From: an uncultured Flavobacteriales bacterium
GTDB taxonomy: Bacteria > Bacteroidota > Bacteroidia > Flavobacteriales_C > GCA-002722245
Reading direction: 5' to 3'
DNA: 64,000 nt
NCBI GenBank assembly: GCA_905182585.1
Contig: CAJJCC010000017.1
Span: 1,873 to 65,872 of the forward strand
The notes under the pieces were generated by a model that saw only the letters and a program-made list of their open reading frames with translations, had not been told where the DNA came from and searched no databases. The translations under genes were made by a program, and so were the position numbers. Shown one piece after another: positions 40,838 through 50,523 of the stretch (its first letter is position 1; each line of letters starts with the position of its first letter).

Positions 40838-42697
40838 CTAATCTAATTTAAACTTTTTAGAATTCAAAGACTTCCATTCAGGTTGGTCATCTTTATGCAT
40901 TAAAAAGTCTCCTATGACTAATACATCCATTTCAGTTTCCATAAAACAACGGTAAGCATCAAAAGGTTTAGAAACAATTGGTTCCCCTCTAACATTAAAG
41001 CTAGTGTTAACCACCATAGGACAACCAGTTAAAGACTTAAATGCATTTATAAGCTTCCAATACCGCTGACTTTTTTCTTTAGATACCGTTTGAATCCTTG
41101 CTGAATCATCAACATGCGTTATAGCAGGAAAGGTACATTTCTTACTGTCCAACCTCTCTTTTAATGTCGTATGACCAGAAATTAAATTGGAGGCAACTTT
41201 ATGTTCGGGTTTTAAATAATGGACTTCTAACATGTATGGAGACTTCCCTTTATAATCGAAACAAATAGAGACATCCTCCTCTAAGACAGACGGTGCAAAT
41301 GGTCTAAAACCTTCTCTATATTTAATTTTCAAATTAATTTTTCGCTGCATTTGCATATTCCGTGGATCACCAATAATACTACGATTGCCCAAAGCTCTTG
41401 GTCCAAACTCCATCTTCCCTTGAAACCATCCAATGACCTTACCTTTATCGATTAGTTTCGCTGTTTCTCTTACTAAAGATTCAACGTCTTCATACTCCGT
41501 AAATACAGCTTCCCTTTTAATCAGCTCATCTTTAACCTCTTTATTCGAAAAAGATGGACCTAAAAAAGACCCCTTCATCCTATCATATTTAACTTCAGCA
41601 ACAGACCGTTCCTTATTGAAATATATATAATGACCCACTAATGCAGCACCTAATGCTCCACCTGCGTCACCTGAAGCTGGTTGAATATACATTTCTGAAA
41701 AAACACCAGATCTTTGTAAAAACCCATTAGAAACACAATTTAACGCTACCCCTCCAGCAAGACATATACTATCGAGACCCGTTAATCTTTTGGCCTCTTT
41801 TGCTAAAAGTAAAACAACCTCTTCTGTCACTTTTTGTATTGCTATTGCTAAATTACAATGCTGTTGAGAAATTTCAGATTCTGCTTGTCGTTTTTTAATC
41901 CCAAACAACCTCTGCCACTTCTTATCTTTCACCATTCTTAAACCCGTAGCATAGTTAAAATAACGTTGATTTAATCTAAATGATCCATCGGGAAAAAGTG
42001 TTATTAATTCCTTTTTTATAATTGACATGAAATTGTCAACTTCCTTACTATTCAAATCTCCATAAGGAGCCATTCCCATCAACTTATACTCGCCACTATT
42101 GACCTTAAATCCTAAAAAATAAGTGAAAGAAGAATAGAGTAATCCTAAGGAATTTGGAAAATTAATTTCTTTTAAAACTTTAATATTGTTTCCACTTCCT
42201 TTAGAAATCGATACTGTTGCCCACTCTCCTACTCCATCAATTGTTAAAATTGCAGCCTCATCAAACCGAGAAGGAAAAAAAGCACTTGCAGCATGTGACA
42301 AATGGTGTTCAGGAAATAATAGTTTGGTTTTATTCCAATCTAATTCTCCGAGTTTTTTAAATGACTCTTTAAGTAGCTTTTTGAAAAACATTTTCTCGTT
42401 AATCCATACAGGCATTGACTTCACAAACGAAAGTATTCCTTTTGGGGCATAATAAAAGTAAGTTTCTAATAAGCGCTCAAACTTCAATAAAGGTTTATCA
42501 TAAAACACTACAGCATCCAATTCATTCAATTGAATTTCAGCTTCAGCCAAACAGAATTGAATCGCGTTTAACGGAAATGAGGCATCTTGTTTCACCCTAG
42601 TAAATCGTTCCTCTTGAGCCGCCGCGATTATTTCGCCATCAATTAAAATTGAAGCCGCCGAATCGTGATAAAGTGCCGATATCCCTAATACCTTCAA
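40838..42697 (-). CDS. Carbamoyltransferase (NodU/CmcH family)
   Basis: 619 aa. The N-terminus MKVLGISALYHDSAASILIDGEIIAAAQEERFTRVK, together with the length, is typical of NodU/CmcH O-carbamoyltransferases. Confidence 0.85.
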   Translation of the reverse strand: MKVLGISALYHDSAASILIDGEIIAAAQEERFTRVKQDASFPLNAIQFCLAEAEIQLNELDAVVFYDKPLLKFERLLETYFYYAPKGILSFVKSMPVWINEKMFFKKLLKESFKKLGELDWNKTKLLFPEHHLSHAASAFFPSRFDEAAILTIDGVGEWATVSISKGSGNNIKVLKEINFPNSLGLLYSSFTYFLGFKVNSGEYKLMGMAPYGDLNSKEVDNFMSIIKKELITLFPDGSFRLNQRYFNYATGLRMVKDKKWQRLFGIKKRQAESEISQQHCNLAIAIQKVTEEVVLLLAKEAKRLTGLDSICLAGGVALNCVSNGFLQRSGVFSEMYIQPASGDAGGALGAALVGHYIYFNKERSVAEVKYDRMKGSFLGPSFSNKEVKDELIKREAVFTEYEDVESLVRETAKLIDKGKVIGWFQGKMEFGPRALGNRSIIGDPRNMQMQRKINLKIKYREGFRPFAPSVLEEDVSICFDYKGKSPYMLEVHYLKPEHKVASNLISGHTTLKERLDSKKCTFPAITHVDDSARIQTVSKEKSQRYWKLINAFKSLTGCPMVVNTSFNVRGEPIVSKPFDAYRCFMETEMDVLVIGDFLMHKDDQPEWKSLNSKKFKLD

Positions 42698-43761
42698 TTC
42701 TCAATTAGTTTTTGAATACTCTTAGAAATATATTTTGATATAAAAACAGAACCTGAATCAGTATAGTGGACGGAGTCAAAAAAATAAGCTTTATTGCCTT
42801 TCATTAAAAGTTCAGCATCTACTAACTCAACCTCTTCACGTATAGCCACCTCTCTTATTACTTTATTAAATTCTTGATGTAACAACACTAAATCATAACC
42901 ATCATATCTATCAATATTTTTTATCCCATAAGAAAAGCAACTCCCTTGCGTCATTAATATAGGCTTTACTTGCCAAGCCTTTGCGTAAGCAATAAGCCCT
43001 GTAATACTTTTTCTGAACTCATTTTTTAAAAATTGTTTTGTCAAGTCAAAACTAATTGGGCCAGAAGGAAACTCATCCTGCTCAATTAAACGTTCACCAT
43101 CAAAAGTAGTTGGTAGTAGAACCAATGAAATATAAGGAATGAAAGTCCTTATAAATTTGTTTTTAGGTAAACCAACTTTATACGCATATAAGCTTTCCGA
43201 GTTCTCTAGTAATAATGAACGTTGCGGATGCTTATTAAAATAGGTTCCTGTATTTAGTAAAATACTTAAATCATTTACGTTATGATTCACCACCACAACC
43301 TCAGGGCTATGCTTCATTACTTTATTCGCTAAAATATTTAACGAATGCATCGAATGATTACCACTGTTCCCTATATTTAAACAAGTGACTCGCTTTCCTT
43401 TAGCGTTTAAAATACGCTCTACAGATCTATGAACTCTTATGTTCTCATCAACAACGTGACATTCGGTTGTTGATCCTCCAATAAAAGCTACTGTATGATT
43501 GGAAGAATCTATGTTTCTATAAGGCAGAATATAACCCTCTGAATCAGTTCTAAAAAGGAACTTTTCACCATGATGAAAACCTGAATTATTTTGGTTATGA
43601 AAAGGCTCCCTCAAACGAATCGCATTTAGTTCATTTTTTAAGGTATCTCGATATTTATAATAAGAATATCCACAGTATAGTTCAACAACTGCTATTATTC
43701 CAATTATTAAAGTAACCGGAATAATAATTAATAAAATCCAACTAATTATTTTTTTGAACAT
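42694..43761 (-). CDS. Membrane-anchored SGNH/GDSL-type hydrolase or acyltransferase
   Basis: 355 aa with an N-terminal TM anchor. The SGNH blocks are FIGGSTTE (I), IGNSGN (II), NHNVND (III) and DSVHYT (V). Its stop overlaps the carbamoyltransferase ATG by 4 nt. Confidence 0.62.
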   Translation of the reverse strand: MFKKIISWILLIIIPVTLIIGIIAVVELYCGYSYYKYRDTLKNELNAIRLREPFHNQNNSGFHHGEKFLFRTDSEGYILPYRNIDSSNHTVAFIGGSTTECHVVDENIRVHRSVERILNAKGKRVTCLNIGNSGNHSMHSLNILANKVMKHSPEVVVVNHNVNDLSILLNTGTYFNKHPQRSLLLENSESLYAYKVGLPKNKFIRTFIPYISLVLLPTTFDGERLIEQDEFPSGPISFDLTKQFLKNEFRKSITGLIAYAKAWQVKPILMTQGSCFSYGIKNIDRYDGYDLVLLHQEFNKVIREVAIREEVELVDAELLMKGNKAYFFDSVHYTDSGSVFISKYISKSIQKLIEN

Positions 43762-45827
43762 TAGTTATCCAGTAATGATTTAAAGTAGTCATATTGGGCC
43801 ATTTGAGAACGAACTTTCTTTGTCTTTTTAACAACGTATTTATTTCGACCTTTCTCATCAATTATCCTAGCCTTAACATTATCTTTTAATTGTAACCCTA
43901 AAAACTCTCTCATTTGAGCCTTAATGTCCTTATCATAAATCGGAGTAGTTACTTCAACTCTTTTATCTAAGTTTCTGCCCAACCAATCGGCTGAACCAAT
44001 AAAAAATAAGTCGTCTCCAGCATTATGAAAGTTAAACATTCTAATGTGCTCTAAATAACGATCGATTATACTAATTACTTCTATATTTTCGCTTAGATCT
44101 TTTACTCCGGGTACCAAAGTACAAATCCCTCTAATGATCAATTTAACCTCAACACCTTCACAAGAAGCCTCGTAAAGTTTATTGATTAATTCGGGATCAT
44201 TAAAGTTGTTTAGTTTTATAATAATTTTAGCTTTTAATCCTTTTTTAGCATTTTTAATTTCGCCTTCAATCAAGGTTGAAAACCTAGATCTCGTGTTGTA
44301 AGGTGAAATAATAATATTTGTAAATCGCTTATTAATGTAAGGACGTTCTATTAATTCAAACACCTTCTCAATGTCATTCGCAATTCTTTTATCCGAAGTC
44401 AATAATGAAGCGTCCGAGTAAATTTTAGCCGTCTTTTCATGGAAGTTCCCTGTGCCAACATGCACATATGTTTTTTCCGATCGACCTTCCAAACGTTTTA
44501 CCATAATTAATTTACTATGGATTTTTAATCCGGGTAAACCAAAATGAACCTTCACACCTTCATCTTCTAAAATCTTACTCCACTTAATATTATTTCGCTC
44601 ATCAAATCTTGCCCGCAATTCAATTAATACGGTAACATCTTTTCCGTTTTTAACAGCATTAATTAATGCATTTATGATTCTTGAATTACTAGCTACTCTA
44701 TAAATATTAATCTTAATGGTCGTGACATTAGGGTCAATAGCAGCCTGACGTAAAAAATCAATTACGTAATCAAACTTCTGAAAAGGATAAAAACACACTA
44801 CATCCTTTTTCTTTATCACATCCATAATACTAGATACGCCCTCTAAATCTTTTTGAGGTAAAGCAGGCAAACTTGGATTAAGCAACTTTGAAGAGCCTAT
44901 TTCGGGAAATGCTATAAAGTCTTTAAAGTTATGATAACGACCTCCTGGGATTAAGTTATCACTCTTTTGAAGCTTCATCTTCTTGACAATTAAAGCCTTC
45001 ATATCTTCAGGCATATCTCCATCATAAACAAACCGAACTAACTCACCAACCCTTCTGTCTTTTACGCTTTGTGTTAGTTTGTCAACAATACTTTTAGATA
45101 AATCTTCATCTATTTCAAGACCAGCATCTCTAGTTAATTTAATATTATACCCTTCAATTGTATCGTAATTAAAAATCGAAAACACCGATGGCAGATTGTA
45201 TCGAATAATGTCATCTAACATCATCAAATACTTCTTTTTTTCGATACTAGGAAGTATAACAATTCTATTTACTCTATCGGAAGGAATTTCTAATAAGGCG
45301 TATTCTACTTTAGTACTCTTCTTATCCTTATTGTACATTTTGATGCACATATAAGTAGAAGCATCTTTCATAAATGGAAAAGGCTTCTTTTTATCAATCA
45401 AAATTGGAACTAAATTCGTTCTTACTTTATCCGAAAAATAATCTTTAGCAAATTGTTGTTGTTCCCCAGCAATTTGAAATTCATTGACAAAGAAAATATT
45501 TTCCTTTTTCAACTCATTAATCAGGTTTTTATAAGCCTTGTCAAATCGAACCTGTTGTTTTAAGACCTGCTTTAATATATTATCAAGAATAACCTTTGGA
45601 TTCTCACCAGATGAAAGCTTAGCTTTCCCTTTTATTTCTGCTACTTTTTTGATATTAGCGACTCTTACCCTGAAAAACTCATCTCTATTATTAGAGAAGA
45701 TTCCTAAGAATTTTAATCGCTCAATAGTAGGGTTAGTAGCATCCTCGGCTTCTTGTAAAACTCTTTCATTAAAACTTAACCAACTAATTTCTCGGTTAAT
45801 CCATTTTGAAGGTAATTGTACAGACAT
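43761..45827 (-). CDS. ppk1: Polyphosphate kinase 1
   Basis: 688 aa with N-terminus INREISWLSFNERVLQEA and PLD-like C-domains including KIHSKLIMV. Its TAA shares one nt with the ATG of the next gene. Confidence 0.93.
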   Translation of the reverse strand: MSVQLPSKWINREISWLSFNERVLQEAEDATNPTIERLKFLGIFSNNRDEFFRVRVANIKKVAEIKGKAKLSSGENPKVILDNILKQVLKQQVRFDKAYKNLINELKKENIFFVNEFQIAGEQQQFAKDYFSDKVRTNLVPILIDKKKPFPFMKDASTYMCIKMYNKDKKSTKVEYALLEIPSDRVNRIVILPSIEKKKYLMMLDDIIRYNLPSVFSIFNYDTIEGYNIKLTRDAGLEIDEDLSKSIVDKLTQSVKDRRVGELVRFVYDGDMPEDMKALIVKKMKLQKSDNLIPGGRYHNFKDFIAFPEIGSSKLLNPSLPALPQKDLEGVSSIMDVIKKKDVVCFYPFQKFDYVIDFLRQAAIDPNVTTIKINIYRVASNSRIINALINAVKNGKDVTVLIELRARFDERNNIKWSKILEDEGVKVHFGLPGLKIHSKLIMVKRLEGRSEKTYVHVGTGNFHEKTAKIYSDASLLTSDKRIANDIEKVFELIERPYINKRFTNIIISPYNTRSRFSTLIEGEIKNAKKGLKAKIIIKLNNFNDPELINKLYEASCEGVEVKLIIRGICTLVPGVKDLSENIEVISIIDRYLEHIRMFNFHNAGDDLFFIGSADWLGRNLDKRVEVTTPIYDKDIKAQMREFLGLQLKDNVKARIIDEKGRNKYVVKKTKKVRSQMAQYDYFKSLLDN

Positions 45828-45928
45828 ATTCTTTCTTTTTACTAATGTGCAAGTTAAAGAATCAAATGTTAATTATGCGATCGTTTTAAAGGTTTTGTAT
45901 TAACTAAACAATGATCAATAGAAGGGTA

Positions 45929-46816
45929 TTATTTCTTGAATAATGAAAACGGGAATTTGAGTTTATTCACTCTGATAAATCTATAAATTTCAAGCTCTCC
46001 TCCAAAGCCAAGATAGAATCTCCGCAAACCATCATTTTCACTTCCTTCAAAATCAAAAATTATTTGTTTATTGGCATTAATAGATATTAAATGATCTAAT
46101 AAAAAAAACAAAGCCCCTTTGTTTTTCCCTTCCTCTGAGTTACCCGAAAACAAAAATGTTATTCGATCTTTAAATTTCAGAAACAAACCACCACAAATAA
46201 GCTTTCCATCGCTATAAACTCCATAGCACTCTGATTCTATTTCAATTGCTATATTTTGTAAGTTTTTATAATCTTGGTTTTGTAATGTATCAAGATGGGC
46301 TCCTTTATCCAATCTAAATAGATTTACGATTTCACTTATATTAACCCTGCACTCAACCGTAAGATTTGCCTTATGTGCTTTTTTTAGATTTCTTTTATGA
46401 TTGGAAGAGTAATTCAACCTTAAAGAGTCATAAGAGTTGTTCAATAAAAGAGTACAATTCCTTCGTTTAGTCCCTATGATTCCTCCGCCTTTAACATAAA
46501 GTTCAATAAAATTTATTTTTCCATTTAAAAAATCAAAAGCCTCTTTCTCTAATTCATCCCGATTATTTCCTCTTGTGAAAAGTCCTAATTGTTGAATAAA
46601 AAATGGTGGATAAACATATTTTAATCCATACCTAACTCGAATAGGCAAAGGGAACACGGCCACATATTTATTGTTATCCTCCCAAACTAAGCCCTGCCAG
46701 TCTTTTGCCACGATATCCAAGTAAGCTATCAACCCATATATTAGAGGGTTATCGGAACTTGCAATACAAGCATTCCATTTCTCAGTATCAATATCTCTCT
46801 TTTTTAGTAATTTCAT
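45929..46816 (-). CDS. GNAT-fold / FemAB-like acyltransferase (tentative)
   Basis: 295 aa. The size and the C-terminal ..ALFFLLDHLI..FDFEGSENDGLRRFYLGFG.. resemble FemAB/BioF2-like GNAT proteins. It overlaps the upstream gene by 4 nt. Confidence 0.45.
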   Translation of the reverse strand: MKLLKKRDIDTEKWNACIASSDNPLIYGLIAYLDIVAKDWQGLVWEDNNKYVAVFPLPIRVRYGLKYVYPPFFIQQLGLFTRGNNRDELEKEAFDFLNGKINFIELYVKGGGIIGTKRRNCTLLLNNSYDSLRLNYSSNHKRNLKKAHKANLTVECRVNISEIVNLFRLDKGAHLDTLQNQDYKNLQNIAIEIESECYGVYSDGKLICGGLFLKFKDRITFLFSGNSEEGKNKGALFFLLDHLISINANKQIIFDFEGSENDGLRRFYLGFGGELEIYRFIRVNKLKFPFSLFKK

Positions 46817-48117
46817 TCTTTACCGTATGCAATCATCTCTTCAAAAACAGCTTTCCATCCTTTCCATAAATCGCTGTTGTTCAAACTGTCGTTATGCCAA
46901 AGCGAAATAAACTCACCATTTACCATCCTAACTTCATCAATCAATCGTTTGAAATGAGGAATTGCAGCTTTAGAATCTATTTCCATGTAATATTTCAAAG
47001 TACCCTCCATTATGGCAAAAGGATGAATCTTTAAGTTTGTTTCAACTTCCAAATCCAAATCATAAAAATAAAATGGTGTACACAAGCCCGCTCTAAAACC
47101 ATAATTAGAAGCATAACCCATTGTAAAATCATCCGTAATATCCAATTCTATTAAATTACGATAAGTATCAGGCAATACCAACTTCAAAAAGTGTTGACGA
47201 CTTCTCCAAATCTCTCGGTTTATTACATTACTTAATCGAGTCACTTCCTTTTCTAGTTTTCTGAAGTTATAATTAGAAGCAAAAGAGGGATGAATTCCAA
47301 TCTTTGAATGATCGGAAATTGATTTAATTAACGATTGAAATCTCCTGCTGCTTACTGGAATGTTTTTATCATTCATTCCGTAATCTCCCAAAAGGAAGAA
47401 GTAAATGAAGGTTAAGTTTTGATTCTTAACCAAGTTTTCTTGATACTCAAATGTGTCGTATGGATCTTTTTGTAACCCCAAAAGAGTTTTAGTTCTATTT
47501 TTAAAGCCTTTATAATCGAATGTTAAAATAGATTTACCGTAGCCCATTAACGAACGTACAAATCCTTTTTCCAAATAAGCATAAGCGTTATCTACATCAA
47601 TCGTGGTTATAAACTTATACTTTCGCTCTGGCATAGTAAATCCAGGATAGAGCTCCTTTAATAAATCCGTGAATTTTGAAATCCAAATATTAATTACAGG
47701 CTGATGTAAAATTCCTTCATTGAAAGCTAAACTTTGCGGTGCATCAAACCGATTGTATACATCTTTCTTATGTGGTAAATACTCTTCATATCGCGCCGCC
47801 AAATAAAACGAAGCAGCAAATATATCAAAGGGAAACATACTATTCCCACCTACCCCAAAAAAAGCTTTTGTTCGATCAAATGGAATAACATTAATCTCTT
47901 GATCACTAATTCCATTTTCAAATAAAAGAGGCTTACTCCTTATAAAAAAAGCATTATCAATAGGGTTAATAGTGTAAGCAATCTTCACACCTTCAACAGC
48001 TTCAAATTCCTTTCGATCAGAAATTAACTTATAGTCTGTTTGCATTACATCTTTAAACACAAGATTAAATGCATATTTAACTCTACTTGTTATTTTATGG
48101 GTAAAAACATATATCAT
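46813..48117 (-). CDS. Polysaccharide-deacetylase-like protein with N-terminal extension (tentative)
   Basis: 434 aa. ..TTIDVDNAYAY.. and ..IGIHPSF.. resemble NodB/CE4-type motifs. It overlaps wecB by 4 nt. Confidence 0.42.
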   Translation of the reverse strand: MIYVFTHKITSRVKYAFNLVFKDVMQTDYKLISDRKEFEAVEGVKIAYTINPIDNAFFIRSKPLLFENGISDQEINVIPFDRTKAFFGVGGNSMFPFDIFAASFYLAARYEEYLPHKKDVYNRFDAPQSLAFNEGILHQPVINIWISKFTDLLKELYPGFTMPERKYKFITTIDVDNAYAYLEKGFVRSLMGYGKSILTFDYKGFKNRTKTLLGLQKDPYDTFEYQENLVKNQNLTFIYFFLLGDYGMNDKNIPVSSRRFQSLIKSISDHSKIGIHPSFASNYNFRKLEKEVTRLSNVINREIWRSRQHFLKLVLPDTYRNLIELDITDDFTMGYASNYGFRAGLCTPFYFYDLDLEVETNLKIHPFAIMEGTLKYYMEIDSKAAIPHFKRLIDEVRMVNGEFISLWHNDSLNNSDLWKGWKAVFEEMIAYGKE

Positions 48118-49220
48118 TTTAACAACTCTAAAATCTCATTACAAATAAACTCTCCTGCCTTACCATCTCCATATATATCCTTAAAATTAGGATTAAGTTT
48201 TTGTACTTTATCATATGCCTGAATCAAAGAACCTTCATTTACTTTGAATAAAATAGCGGCTTGATTATCCAAGATTTCACCCCATTCTGTTTCTTCCCTC
48301 AAAATCAATGATTTTTTCTTGAAAAAATAAGCTTCCTTTTGAATACCACCAGAATCAGTAATTACAATATTAGAATTACACTCTAACATTATTATATCCA
48401 AATAAGATGCAGGTGGTATTACTAATATTTCAGATTTTAATTGGTCTAAATAATACGGTCCAAAAAACTTTAAAATCATCTTTTCAGTTCTTGGATGCAT
48501 CGGGAATACAATCTCATTCCCTGATTTAAGCTTAATATCTATAACTCCTTCAATAATAGCTCTCAACTTTACAGCATCATCAGTATTACTTCCTCTATGG
48601 CACGTAAATAAATTAAACTCATTGTATTTTAGATTATACCTTGTTAAGATAGTTGATTGCTCACGTGCTTTCGCTTCGTAAAACAAGCTGTTATCAAACA
48701 TTACGTCTCCACAATATTTCACTTTATCTGAGTTGATTTTTTCCTTCTTTAAATTTAATACACCAATCTTTGTAGGAGAAAATAATAAGTCACTCGAATG
48801 GTCCGTTAATATTCGATTACCTTCCTCAGGCATTAACATATTAAACGATCGCATTCCTGCTTCAACATGAATTAAAGGAATGTCTTCAATTATGGCAGAG
48901 ATCGTACCTGCTAATGTAGAATTAGTATCTCCGTAAACAAGTAATGCATCAGGAGATTCTTTCTGAACAGCGGCCTGAATATTTTGAATCATTTGATTTA
49001 TTGGCAACGGTTCTGAATCGTCAATTTCAAATTGATACCTAGGAATTGGTAAAAACATTTCAGCATAAAAGTCGCTACTCATATTGGCATCGAAATGCTG
49101 GCCTGTATGCACAACTACTTCCTCAAGTTCTCCTCTAAAATCATCACGCACAACTCTCGTTATCGCAGCTGATTTTATAACTTGAGGACGTGGTCCAATA
49201 ACCGTCAAAATTTTCTTCAT
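48114..49220 (-). CDS. wecB: UDP-N-acetylglucosamine 2-epimerase (non-hydrolysing)
   Basis: 368 aa with N-terminus KILTVIGPRPQVIKSAAI and ..TDSGGIQKEA.., both typical Epimerase_2 blocks. Confidence 0.82.
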   Translation of the reverse strand: MKKILTVIGPRPQVIKSAAITRVVRDDFRGELEEVVVHTGQHFDANMSSDFYAEMFLPIPRYQFEIDDSEPLPINQMIQNIQAAVQKESPDALLVYGDTNSTLAGTISAIIEDIPLIHVEAGMRSFNMLMPEEGNRILTDHSSDLLFSPTKIGVLNLKKEKINSDKVKYCGDVMFDNSLFYEAKAREQSTILTRYNLKYNEFNLFTCHRGSNTDDAVKLRAIIEGVIDIKLKSGNEIVFPMHPRTEKMILKFFGPYYLDQLKSEILVIPPASYLDIIMLECNSNIVITDSGGIQKEAYFFKKKSLILREETEWGEILDNQAAILFKVNEGSLIQAYDKVQKLNPNFKDIYGDGKAGEFICNEILELLK

Positions 49221-49906
49221 TAAAGCTCTAATTCGTCTGCAAAGCTATAATAAGAATTTCCTGCTATAATAAGGTGATCTAACAAATTAATTTCTAACAA
49301 TTCGCATGCTGATTTAATCTTTTGAGTCACTTTATGGTCTTGTGGACTTGGTTTTAAATTTCCCGATGGATGGTTATGGACTAAAATAACAGATGAAGCT
49401 AAATGAAGCAGCGCTTTTTTTAGGATTATTTTATTATCTACTACTGTTCCTGTTATTCCTCCAGAACTAATTCGTTCCTTTTTGATAATCCGATTTCCTC
49501 GATTTAAAAAAACAACCCAAAACTCTTCATGATTCAAATCTGATAGATTTGACTTCATTTCTTTAAAAATATCCGAACTCGCTCCAATCTTAGTTACCAC
49601 ATCAACTTCTTCCTTTCTTCGCCTTGCAAATTCAAACGTTGCCGATAAACTCACCGCCTTAGCTTCCCCAACCCCTTTAAACTGTTTAAAGTCTTCAATC
49701 TGCATTCGACTTAACTTAGCAAAGTTGTTATCTGCTTTCTGCAAAATTCTTTTCGCTAAGTCAACTGCTGATTCACTTCTACTTCCACTTCCTAAAATAA
49801 TAGCCATCAGTTCCGCGTTACTTAAAACCGAAGCACCTTTATTTATTAATTTCTCACGAGGACGATCATCTAAATTCCAGTTTTTAATAGAATTACTTAT
49901 TTCCAT
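49220..49906 (-). CDS. radC: RadC-family JAB/MPN domain protein
   Basis: 228 aa with an HhH region (FKGVGEAKA) and the JAMM motif VHNHPSGNLKPSPQD. Its stop shares one nt with the wecB ATG. Confidence 0.82.
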   Translation of the reverse strand: MEISNSIKNWNLDDRPREKLINKGASVLSNAELMAIILGSGSRSESAVDLAKRILQKADNNFAKLSRMQIEDFKQFKGVGEAKAVSLSATFEFARRRKEEVDVVTKIGASSDIFKEMKSNLSDLNHEEFWVVFLNRGNRIIKKERISSGGITGTVVDNKIILKKALLHLASSVILVHNHPSGNLKPSPQDHKVTQKIKSACELLEINLLDHLIIAGNSYYSFADELEL

Positions 49907-49967
49907 ACAACAAAACTAGAAGCATTAAGACGAAGTAATTTAAAATTTTAATTTAAAATGATTAAAC

Positions 49968-50000
49968 ACAAAAAAGGTTATCCAAACTGGATAACCTTTT
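49968..50000 (-). terminator. Rho-independent terminator after rpsT
   Basis: A perfect 12-bp stem, aaaggttatcca-aac-tggataaccttt. On the minus strand it is followed by uuuuugug. It starts 24 nt after the rpsT stop. Confidence 0.62.
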
Positions 50001-50023
50001 AATAAATTTGTTTTATTAAATCC

Positions 50024-50278
50024 TTATGCTATTGCAGCAACAGACTTAGTAACTTGACTTTTTAAGTTAGATGCTTTGTTTTTGTGGATAATATTTCTTT
50101 TGGAAACTTTATCGATTAAAGAAACAACTTTAGCTAAAGCTCCTTCAGCTTCTTTTTTGTCCTCTAAACCTTTAATATTTCTGATAGCATTACGCATAGT
50201 TTTATGGTAGTACTTATTAGACTCTTTTCTCTTTTCAGATTGTCTAATTCTCTTTTTTGCTGAAGCGTTATTTGCCAT
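50024..50278 (-). CDS. rpsT: 30S ribosomal protein S20
   Basis: 84 aa, MANNASAKKRIRQSEKRKESNKYY.., canonical S20. Confidence 0.92.
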   Translation of the reverse strand: MANNASAKKRIRQSEKRKESNKYYHKTMRNAIRNIKGLEDKKEAEGALAKVVSLIDKVSKRNIIHKNKASNLKSQVTKSVAAIA

Positions 50279-50292
50279 AATATTTTTAAATT

Positions 50293-50317
50293 AAAAAAAA
50301 GAGGCGAACCTCTTTTT
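50293..50317 (-). terminator. Terminator-like hairpin plus U-run between tRNA-Glu and rpsT
   Basis: The minus-strand RNA reads aaaaagagg-uucg-ccucuuuuuuuu. It begins 10 nt after the tRNA 3' end and ends 14 nt before the rpsT ATG. Confidence 0.5.
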
Positions 50318-50327
50318 ATTGTCCAAG

Positions 50328-50399
50328 TAGCCCGTAGGGGAATCGAACCCCTGTTACCAGGATGAAAACCTGGCGTCCTAACCCCTAGACGAACGGGCC
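50328..50399 (-). tRNA. tRNA-Glu (anticodon TTC)
   Basis: The minus strand reads GGCCCGTTCGTCTAGGGGTTAGGACGCCAGGTTTTCATCCTGGTAACAGGGGTTCGATTCCCCTACGGGCTA and folds as a cloverleaf. The acceptor stem is 7 bp with G1.U72. The anticodon stem is CCAGG/CCTGG with loop TTTTCAT. The T-arm is AGGGG-TTCGATT-CCCCT. CCA is not encoded. Confidence 0.9.
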
Positions 50400-50427
50400 A
50401 AAATGTCCCTCATTATTTTAAGGACTG

Positions 50428-50458
50428 CAAATGTATAATCTTTTTTCTTTTCTAACAA
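50428..50458 (-). promoter_or_regulatory. Candidate promoter (TTG-N20-TACATTTG) upstream of tRNA-Glu
   Basis: On the minus strand, TTG lies at 50458-50456 and TACATTTG at 50435-50428. The -7 box ends 28 nt before the tRNA 5' end. Confidence 0.38.
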
Positions 50459-50523
50459 ATTAAAATTGAAAAAATATTATTTTTAAAATTAACTACCTGA
50501 TTAACAGTTAGTTAATTTTACAT

